Assembly (NCBI RefSeq): GCF_001194135.2
Contig: NC_068982.1
Coordinates: forward strand, 91,066,232 to 91,128,782
DNA from: Octopus bimaculoides
Taxonomy: Eukaryota
DNA length: 62,551 nucleotides
Direction of reading: 5' to 3'
The position numbers were made by a program, and so were the translations under genes. The notes under the pieces were generated by a model, which saw only the letters and a list, made by a program, of their open reading frames with translations, had not been told where the DNA came from and did no database searches. Shown here one piece after another: positions 52,076 to 62,551 of the stretch (its first letter is position 1; each line of letters begins with the position of its first letter).

Positions 52076-52299
52076 TGAAAGTGTATTGATAAACTTATAG
52101 ATATCTATTTAGATAAATAAACTGAGAAGACTATTTTTATTCAAATATCAATGATAAATATAGAGTAGACATTACATTAATGAAGAGCTCCTTACAAAAA
52201 TGGTATATAATTTTTGTAGCATATGACACAATTCATGTGAGAATATAAATATATGTTACTTGCCAAAATCTCTGCAAATGTAGCATGGAATATTGAATT

Positions 52300-53010
52300 T
52301 TTTACCACCCGAAACACATCAAAAGAAATTATCCTTTTAGTTTAACGAAAAGGGTTTGCACAATGGTGTCTAATGGAAATAATCGGGACCTCTATCTTCA
52401 AGACCTCAGAACAACACTAACCGAGAGACACTATCCACCCTCACTTATAGATGATGGAATTAAATGTGAAAAGAAAATAGGCATTAAAACACTAAGGGAA
52501 ACCCCACACCTCATCTCAAAATATTACCCTGTGTATCGATTCACAACTCTAGAAACAATGAGGCATACAACACCAATGTACAAAATCTATTAATGCTCAC
52601 TAGGGATCCAAAGATGAACTACATTCTTAAAACACATAACTTCATCAAATGTAAAAAGTAACCCAAATCGCTGAAAAGACTATTGACAAATGCAAAGCTA
52701 TACACAACCACGAAACCAATTGTTAAAAAATGTGGATGTCCAAACTGTGGAACATGCCCTAGCCTGCTGAAAGGCTCGGAATTCCACTTCAAACAACGAG
52801 AGAGGCTCACAATTAATACCAACTTCACTTGTGCATCCAAGAATTTTATTTATGTTATAACTTGTTCAGGATGTGTACTCAAATATAAAAGACAGACAAG
52901 TATGTCACTTAGACGGAGAACAATACTGCATAAGGAACAGATCTATTTCCCAAGGTATAGACACGTCCCAAGACAACTCACCTCGTTTCTTTATCGCTAT
53001 CGCATGTATT
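52300..53010 (+). mobile_element. Penelope-like element fragment: RT C-terminus, Cys linker and GIY-YIG endonuclease relic
   Basis: HPKHIKRNYPFSLTKRVCTMVS...HYPPSLID; KCGCPNCGTC...FTCASKNFIYVITCSGCVLKYKRQTSMSLRRRTILHK (degenerate IY..YIGQT..L..R...H); frameshifts and stops. Confidence 0.85.
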
Positions 53011-53139
53011 GATCTTTTTCAATATTTTTCTCCCCATAAATACATTTATATGCTATAAAAACTAAAATTTGAAAAATTATGATTTTTCTGCAACCCCACT
53101 CTTAGCCCCCTCCCGTTCAGGAGAGGATAACCTTGAAAA

Positions 53140-53850
53140 ATAAACCAAAGGGTAGGCCAAAGTCAGTTATTCGGCATGATGGATTAAATGCTTTGGTTGA
53201 ACAAAATTCGAAAACTTTCATAGCTCCAAACATCTCGCACAATTGTTTTTGGACACCTGTAAAAAATTGGAAAAGTTAAGAAAACAGATAGGTTTGTTCT
53301 ACATCAACTGAACGAGATTCAAAGCAAAAACAGACGCCTCGAAGTGTGCTCCTTATTGCTTTTCCGGCTGGAAAAAGACCATTTTTACATCAAATTACTA
53401 CTTGTGATGAGAAATGGATACTTTTTGACAACAGCAGGAGAACAGGACAATGATTAGATGTAGGAAGGTTACCTAAATACTACCCAAACCCACCATTGCA
53501 CCCTAAAAATATAGTGATCACTGTATGGTGGTCTGCGAAGAGAGTTATTCATTATTCATTTATGCACCAACGAAAAACGGTAACAGCAACATCGTATTGC
53601 CAGGAAATTGATTCTATGCATGAGAGTTTGAAAAAGAAGCAACCCAGGCTAGTGAATAGAGATGGCCCAATTTTGTCCCCACGACAATGCACGTCCTCAC
53701 AATCCTCAAAATATGGTCCAAAAGTTGCAAAGCCTGAATTATGAGATTTTGCAACATCTTCCCTATTCCCTTAATATCTATCGTACTGATCATCATTAAT
53801 TTAAGCATTTTGAGTTTTTCATAAGCAATGAAACATTCTCAAATACTTAA
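53140..53850 (+). mobile_element. Mariner (DD34D-type) transposase relic
   Basis: ITTCDEKWILFDN and HPKNIVITVWWSAKRVIHYSFMHQRKTVTATSYCQEID...NRDGPIL; disrupted. Confidence 0.85.
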
Positions 53851-53864
53851 ATGTATATATTTTT

Positions 53865-54055
53865 CTCTCCTTGTTTCTCTCCTTGCTTTTTTTCTCTCCT
53901 TTTTTTCTCTCCTTGTTTCTCTCCTTGTTTCTTCCTGTCTTCCTTTCTGTGGAAGAGCGTAGGCTCGAAACGTTAAAGACATTTTTTCAATTCCCGAGCG
54001 TTATACTAATACATATATTTGTTTTCTACACCACCTGTCTTCGTCTGTTTTTTTT
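53865..54055 (+). mobile_element. Penelope-type terminal repeat with a hammerhead-like motif
   Basis: 53947-53975 is CTGTGGA AGAGC GTAG GCTC GAAACGTTA, preceded by TTTCTCTCCTTG repeats. Confidence 0.6.
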
Positions 54056-54087
54056 TTGTGTGTGAATTCTCCCTACATATGTATATA

Positions 54088-54411
54088 TGCCTCAGTGGTT
54101 AGAACATCGGGCTCACAATCATGAAGTGGGGAGTTCGATTCCTGGACTGGGCTGTGTGTTGTGTTCTTGAGCAAGACACTTTATTTCGCGCTACACCAGT
54201 TCACTCAGCTGTAGAAATGAGTTGAGGCGTTACTGGTACCAAGCTGTATCGGCCTTTGCCTTTTCCTTGAATAACATCGGTGGAGTGGAGAGGGGAGGTT
54301 GGTATGCATGGGCGACTGCTGGTCTTCCATAAACAACCTTGCCCGGACCTGTGCCTTGTGGGCTAACTTTCTAGGTGCAACTCCATTGTCATTCATTACC
54401 GAAGGGGTCAT
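54088..54411 (+). mobile_element. SINE family B-related (same head and core, different tail)
   Basis: GCCTCAGTGGTTAGAAC...GAGTTCGATTCCTGG...GTGTTCTTGAGCAAGACACTTTATTTC...CTCAGCTGTAGAAATGAGT. Confidence 0.85.
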
Positions 54412-54416
54412 TATCC

Positions 54417-54480
<64 letters not shown>

Positions 54481-55503
54481 GTACAAAGTTTGTGTGTACA
54501 TATATACACAAAAACAAAACCACAATAATACCATTTCATTTTATACTAAAATAACAAACCCATATTGTTACGAACCAATGTCAAAATCTCTCTGTGGTCG
54601 CTAGAGACAACATTCACATCTCTCAAATCACACATTAAAAACATCTTTTTAAAAATAGTAGTAGAACACACTAGATAAAATAAACCTGCTTCCGAAAAAA
54701 TATTGGTCACGGTCGGAATGTCCGGAATAGTTGTTTGTGCATGTTGAATGATTGCATAGAGACTCTTCCATTAGCTTGTTTGTATGCGTTGAAGTTACTG
54801 TTTAGTTCCATTTCAACCTTGATCCAGTAGACCTATATTCAAAGACGCTCCAGACATGACAACCTCGTCTTCTTATATGACAGTGACTATACTGAATGAG
54901 AAGAATTTGGTTACTATTTCTAGCGATTGAGAGATCATGCAGAGGTCCCCTCTGGTACCAATGGGAGGAAACAAGGCGGGTATATTTCAGATGTAATCCC
55001 AGCTGAAAAGCAAGTATTCGCGTGATTACACATTTTCTTTAATGTCGAAAGAATAAAGATGAACAAAAAATGTAAAATAAACATTTTAAAACAATATTCT
55101 ATAAGGTAACACATCCTCTCAGCGGAATGTCAGTTCCTTCTGGAAGTGTTAGGGGCTTAATTATTTTTAGCTCTGTCAAGTCACATCATTAAAGACTGAA
55201 AGATATATATTTCGCGAACCAGATGTACTTTTTTACCGTGACCCCAAATATAATGTACTAGCGGGACAGCTTAATATTTTATATCTAAATATGTCAGATT
55301 TCTTAATGATAATAATATTTAGGGAAAGGAGAATTAGAAGAAAGGGGAAGAGGTTAAGAAGAAGAAATTATTTATATCTGTATGTATGTATCTGTGTATG
55401 TAATTATGTATGCATGTGTGTATGTAATTATGTATGTATGTATGTGTAATTGTGTGCATATGTACATATATATGTGTGTATGTTGTTACTGTTGTTGTTG
55501 TTG

Positions 55504-55576
<73 letters not shown>

Positions 55577-55932
55577 CGTGTGTGTGTGTGTGTGTGCAAA
55601 AGTGTGCGTTCTGTTCAGGCAATGAACACATAAAGAAGAAAACCTGGGAGGGATATATTTTAATATACACACATATCAGTAGACATGTATGTATATGTAT
55701 AGATAGCAATACATATATAGATAGAAATTTCTATGCTATAATTGTAATTTCATATTTCTGATTATTAAACATAAAATGGAGTATACAAGAAAAGTAAGTT
55801 ATGGTATACAAGCAATATATATAGATATATACAAGTCCCAAGGCAAAGTATTTTCTTTCTGACAAAATAAATATGATCTTCGTATGTGTGTGTGTGTGTT
55901 TATGACTGTTTGTGGGCGGGGAAATGCTTATT

Positions 55933-55969
<37 letters not shown>

Positions 55970-56029
55970 GTGTGTGTGTGTGTGTGTACGTATGGGTCTG
56001 TAAGTGTTGTTAATAAAATGAACAATAAA

Positions 56030-56160
56030 AGAAGCCACACAACAGAGGAGGAACAAGGTTTAACAAATACGGGTATTAGCTTAATGCATGAATGCCAAGA
56101 GAAAGCGTTATAAAGTTTCGGACGTCAGTTCTTCATCAGAAGAGAAAGAGAGAGAAGTAT
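56030..56160 (-). mobile_element. Penelope-type terminal repeat relic with a canonical CTGATGA core
   Basis: Reverse complement of 56111-56139 is CTGATGA AGAACTGACGTCC GAAACTTTA. Confidence 0.45.
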
Positions 56161-57289
56161 ACAGGGGGTGTTAAAGACAAATAGTCATTAAAAATAACCA
56201 TCAGAAAGTTGGAAACCAGGAGGGAAAACTGTTCTATGGGAGAAGTTAAAACGGTGTGTGTATGCAAGTATAGAAGTGTCTCCGTGTTTGGAAGCAGACA
56301 TAGAGGGGTAGTGCTGTGTGTGTGTTTACTGGTGGTTTATATATATATGTGTAGAAGTATCTAAATATGGAAGTAGAGTATATGTACATATATATATACG
56401 AGTATCTATATGTGTATGTATGCATATGTATATATGTATGTTTGTATATATATATATATATATATATATATACTCGCACATAAGGATAGATAGGCATTGA
56501 GAGAGAGAGCGAGAGGGGAAGGGAGAGAAATATGTAGGTGTTTTATAATTTTACGTGCGAAAACATTGAAGTGCTTCATAACCTTGCGGGTGTATATAGA
56601 GACTGATATAAGTGTGTTTAATTATTGCAATTTACACTACAGGGGACGACCGACATCCATTCAGGTTACTAGCCACCTAGACACGGACATGAAACTAGGG
56701 TATGGAATTGTTAGTGCCGTTACTAGAATATAAGTACGCATAAATACACACGCTCATTAGCTCATATATGTGTATGCATATTTATAGTGTGTGTGCGTGT
56801 GTGTGTGTGCACATGTATTCTATTGGTGCACTGATTTGGTACAAAGTGCTTTGTGAATCGGTTGACGGAAGTAGCATATGAACATGTTCAGCCGCCTTAG
56901 CACTGTTCGTCTTATCACATTGGAGAATAACATTTCAGTCGGGTTGTGCTGATCCTCAAAAGTCTTTTAGTCTTTCCCCCAACACCTCTTGAGAAAACTG
57001 CAATGTTCTCCTACGACACAAAGTTCGCGTGTACCAAATATATGAGCTTGTTGACGATGCTGTTGATCGTTAGACCAGATCATCTCTCAATAAGAATTCC
57101 TATGATCGAACGACGAAAGATATTTCAGCAGTGGCAATTCTGACTTTTCGTTTTAATATCTTTTTTTTCTTTTTTGCACCCAAAAGTGTATCTCAAATTA
57201 TGTTATGTATGTTTGGAGCTCGATTTGGATATTATTCTATCGTGTCTACTAAACTCCCTCTGTAGTCATAAACACACTGTATTTTTTTT

Positions 57290-57480
57290 ATCTTTTTTAC
57301 TTGTTTCGGTCATTGAACCACGGCCATGCTCTTTTGCAGAACCGCTAAGTCACGGGGACATAAAAACAAACCAACACTGGTTGACAAGCGATGATACTAG
57401 ACGAATACAATGACATGCACACATACATACGCTCAAACACACGCACACGCACACGCACACACACACACACGTGGGTATCA
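57290..57480 (-). mobile_element. SINE family C 3' part
   Basis: CGGCCATGC...TTTTGCAGAACCGCTAAGTCACGGGGACATAAA matches 38000-38130. Confidence 0.65.
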
Positions 57481-57740
57481 CGCTATATTTCATGTTGAGA
57501 ACAATTTAGGTCTTTTTAGACACAAGACGTGATCTATTTCTAGCACATTGTATGTCCACGTTAGTGGTCAACGTCATATATAAAAATGTACTTTAATCCC
57601 CTGAGATTGCAGATACTGTTTCTGAATCTCTTTGATTCTTTAAATGTGCTAGCTTCCTGGTAATTCATCGATATTAATTAATATATGATTTTTTGCCATT
57701 TTTTAAATAATTTAATTATATATATATATATAGATAGAAC

Positions 57741-57793
<53 letters not shown>

Positions 57794-60022
57794 CTAATTT
57801 ATTTAAAGGGCACAATACATGTGTTGATGCGCTACTAATAGTTTCATATGTTTAGAAAACTGAAACATGTTCTTCAGGCGCAAACCACATACCATAATGA
57901 GCTAAAAAAAAATGAATAATAGAAGAAACGCGAAAAAACTGAGAAGGCAACATACAGAAAACGCAGAAAGTAAACAACGGAAAACTAAAAACGAGAAGCG
58001 GAAAAGACAAAAACTGAAATGTAAAAAATAAAAAGTCTGCGCTTGATAAATATGTTGGCGTTTTCTCAGCATATGAAATTATTAGTAGCACATTAATACA
58101 TGAATTGTACCCTTTAAATAAAATATTTTTATCTCTCACCAGATGGAGTACTTTTTTGTTGAATCTTTTATCACGAAACAGTACATTATATACTGATTAG
58201 AGCGGGAGCTGGAGGTTTGACACAAGAGTGATGCAAGTAGAACACAAATGAATTAGAAATGCCTAAGTGATGGTTTGAGCTCAGCCAGCTCCGAGAAGCA
58301 CATGTCATTGTAGTTGCAGTAGGAAAAATAGAGAAATGAGAATACGCCTATGGCCCATAGACTGGAGCTTATCCTTGAGTAACTATTTGCCAATCAATCT
58401 GGATGCAGTCTAGGATATCTGTGAATGGAGCAGTAGCAACGCTCCAAATGTGAGGGCAATAACACATCGTAGTCTTCACTTGAGCTTTGGAGTTTGTGAA
58501 ATGAAGAACCATATGCAGTGTTTTCTACAATTGTAAAATCTCAGGTTTTCCAATTTTACTTATCTTATATGCAATGTAGAAAATTTTATAAAGCTATCAA
58601 GAAATAATTATTTGGTGGAAAAATGAAACAATATTTTGTTACTGACTATTTTCAAGTTTTAACCAAATACAGGTGACAAACCCTATTTTGGGTCCAACAG
58701 CAAGGCATAGACCTCGGTGTACTTGCCGAGTGGCAACGGAATAATTACTTTAAACGACTGTACTTTGGTTAGTGTAGGAAAACAGAGTAGTAAAAGAATA
58801 AATAATTCGCGAGATTATATCAGCGAGAAAAACAATAGTTATGTTAGTGTTAAAGCATATGTCAAAGAGATCATTAAAAAGTTAACAAGATATCAAGTTA
58901 ACCATGAATATCAGTTTCATAGGGAAGACATCTGCCCAGTGTTGTATAGCTAACTGCACCCAGGGGTGAAGAACGGTGAGTATACCGTTTCTTTTATGCA
59001 AGTATATCTACCATGCAGTGATAACATTAAGTGATATAACATGTGTAGCAGCACATGAAACACTTATACGGCCAAACCACATTTGCAGATCAGTAAGCTA
59101 CAATTTCTTAAAAGTACATATGGGCATGTGTGTGTATTTATATATANNNNNNNNNNNNNNNNNNNNNNNNNNNNNNNNNNNNNNNNNNNNNNNNNNNNNN
59201 NNNNNNNNNNNNNNNNNNNNNNNNNNNNNNNNNNNNNNNNNNNNNNNNNNNNNNNNNNNNNNNNNNNNNNNNNNNNNNNNNNNNNNNNNNNNNNNNNNNN
59301 NNNNNNNNNNNNNNNNNNNNNNNNNNNNNNNNNNNNNNNNNNNNNNNNNNNNNNNNNNNNNNNNNNNNNNNNNNNNNNNNNNNNNNNNNNNNNNNNNNNN
59401 NNNNNNNNNNNNNNNNNNNNNNNNNNNNNNNNNNNNNNNNNNNNNNNNNNNNNNNNNNNNNNNNNNNNNNNNNNNNNNNNNNNNNNNNNNNNNNNNNNNN
59501 NNNNNNNNNNNNNNNNNNNNNNNNNNNNNNNNNNNNNNNNNNNNNNNNNNNNNNNNNNNNNNNNNNNNNNNNNNNNNNNNNNNNNNNNNNNNNNNNNNNN
59601 NNNNNNNNNNNNNNNNNNNNNNNNNNNNNNNNNNNNNNNNNNNNNNNNNNNNNNNNNNNNNNNNNNNNNNNNNNNNNTATATATATATATATATGTATGT
59701 ATGTATGTATGTAGGTATAGGGATTATAAATATGATACCATAAAAGAAAAATTTCATGCGAACGAGTGTACTTAACTGCATTTCATTGCAATGTCTATGG
59801 TCCATGTACATATGTTCAGATGAAGAACTAGACTTTACCGTGAAAATCACATATTTTCTACAAAACAGATACATAGAGTCTTCTGGGAGAAAGTGTGCAC
59901 AGTGTGTTTGTCATTCATATCTTTGAACATAATCGTCGCTCACTAACTACCTATCGCTAATGTTCTTTGAATTTCGCTGATGTAATTAGGCAGGAAAGTA
60001 TAAGAGATAGATGAATGAGTAT

Positions 60023-60112
<90 letters not shown>

Positions 60113-61139
60113 GGGTGAGTTGTTGGATGGATAGATAACTGACAGTGAGACAGATAGAGTAAGATAGATAGTTTCACTCTCTCTTTAATTCACTTCCATG
60201 TGTGTGTGTGTGTGTGTATGTGTGTGTGTGTGTGTGCGTGTGTGNNNNNNNNNNNNNNNNNNNNNNNNNNNNNNNNNNNNNNNNNNNNNNNNNNNNNNNN
60301 NNNNNNNNNNNNNNNNNNNNNNNNNNNNNNNNNNNNNNNNNNNNNNNNNNNNNNNNNNNNNNNNNNNNNNNNNNNNNNNNNNNNNNNNNNNNNNNNNNNN
60401 NNNNNNNNNNNNNNNNNNNNNNNNNNNNNNNNNNNNNNNNNNNNNNNNNNNNNNNNNNNNNNNNNNNNNNNNNNNNNNNNNNNNNNNNNNNNNNNNNNNN
60501 NNNNNNNNNNNNNNNNNNNNNNNNNNNNNNNNNNNNNNNNNNNNNNNNNNNNNNNNNNNNNNNNNNNNNNNNNNNNNNNNNNNNNNNNNNNNNNNNNNNN
60601 NNNNNNNNNNNNNNNNNNNNNNNNNNNNNNNNNNNNNNNNNNNNNNNNNNNNNNNNNNNNNNNNNNNNNNNNNNNNNNNNNNNNNNNNNNNNNNNNNNNN
60701 NNNNNNNNNNNNNNNNNNNNNNNNNNNNNNNNNNNNNNNNNNNNNNNNNNNNNNNNNNNNNNNNNNNNNNNNNNNNNNNNNTATATATATATATATATAT
60801 ATATAATATAATATAATATAATATAATATATATATGTTTGTGTGTGTGTGTATTATAGACCCCTCTTGTATTCACTGCATAGGAACCAAAGATTTTTTAA
60901 ACTCCATATTTCATAAAAAGTGGAGTAAGTAAATCTCTTGGATAGCCTACAGGGTGACTTGTTTAGAAGTGGTGATGGTTTATGTGTGACCATTCACACA
61001 CATTTTTGTACTGCTGATAGCAACAGTTGGTGCAAATATGCCACAAGACAGATGAGCAGCAGACCTCTGTCATTGTGTTCAGAGTTTTCCATCTCATGAA
61101 TTGAATTACTGAGCGCCAAACACCATCCTGGTATTATAT

Positions 61140-61233
<94 letters not shown>

Positions 61234-61733
61234 GCGTGTGTGTATCTCAGCTAGTAATGAAAAAAGTCCCATACATCTGCAGATTAAAACATTATAGATA
61301 GTAAGGAAACGTTTTTGATCAAAATTACAAGTTACTTTTTCTTCAAACATCTGGACAAATATTTGAATGCATGAGGTTATTCTTTTCTTTTTTCTTTCCT
61401 TTTTTTCTTTTTTATCTCAATAAAATATCAATAGAAAATATGAAATCTAGAGGGAGTCATTCTAAATCCGAATACCAGAATGATTTCAAGATGGTTTAAG
61501 TAAACAAACGCCGGGTGTACGCAATCTCTGAAGGGAATGGTGCTGATTAATCAAGTTAAGTTTTTTTGACTCACATTCACCATATAGTCGTGACACTTGG
61601 TAACTACGGATTTTATATTAATTTTGTCTCTTCACTTGTGACGACTTCAGCTGTGCCTTTTATATTCGCCATTATATTATCATTTGCGACTTCTGTTTAA
61701 CACTGTGATGAAAATAAATAATAACAATAAAAT

Positions 61734-61925
<192 letters not shown>

Positions 61926-62028
61926 CTGTTACAAAATATTTCATATTTTGAAAGAGAATACTCACCCCTGTTGTCACCACGGAAACTATGAATGTTATTA
62001 GAAGCCGAGATAATCAAATCCGCATTGC

Positions 62029-62067
<39 letters not shown>

Positions 62068-62276
62068 CGTGCCTGCGTGCGCGCGTGCATTTGTAACTAT
62101 ATATATATGTACATGTGAATGTACGTACTTAACTAATTAAGCATTATTTATAGCACTGTATCTTTTTTTTTATCACTCTCTACTCGCCTCAATTTCTATC
62201 TCCATCGTTTTCTCTCTCTCTCTTTCTTTCCCTTCTATCTCTCTCTCTCTCCCTCTCTCTGTATATACATACATAG

Positions 62277-62331
<55 letters not shown>

Positions 62332-62551
62332 CACACACACATATATATATATATAATAATAAAGTAAAGTTGTGGAATACCGTACGAGTGGAAATATATA
62401 TGAAAGAAGGTTTGAAAATGCACTTATTTTAAAGATATTTATTTACTTAACCGGTTTCACTTTTTTAGAAAAAGATTATCAAAAGTCTTTGAGAATAATA
62501 GAAAATGTTAAAAAACAGTTGAGTATTAAAATGCATATATACATTCTTTGA

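Noticed and set aside
60950-61135. Cys/Trp-containing frames next to the (GT)n tract
   Set aside because: Short, with no domain pattern and no convincing splice pair.

Overview
Eukaryotic, AT-rich, extremely microsatellite- and TE-dense genomic DNA with 12 assembly gaps (about 4.85 kb of N). The repeat landscape (tRNA-headed SINEs, Penelope-like elements, R4/Dong-type LINE, Tc1/mariner relics, TTAGGG repeats) strongly resembles a coleoid cephalopod, probably Octopus; this is an inference from recalled repeat families, not a database result. I can support only one host coding exon: 14408-15497 (+), about 363 codons, encoding a long basic N-region, a signal/anchor helix, a small Cys motif reminiscent of the angiopoietin N-terminus, and a long coiled coil, ending at a phase-1 GT donor. 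I could not locate its downstream exons. Almost all other ORFs in the track are microsatellite, gap or TE artefacts. The most notable non-genic structures are: (i) a 587-bp foldback DNA element with 8-bp TSD, GG-terminal TIRs, nested inverted repeats and a telomeric (AACCCT)4(AGGGTT)5 palindrome at its core, plus a related element of opposite telomeric polarity; (ii) six minimal hammerhead-ribozyme-like motifs in Penelope-type terminal repeats; (iii) elements embedded in (TAA)n arrays; (iv) SINEs inserted serially at one site. No CRISPR arrays, rRNA or bona fide tRNA genes were seen. I found no convincing evidence for a new multi-gene system.
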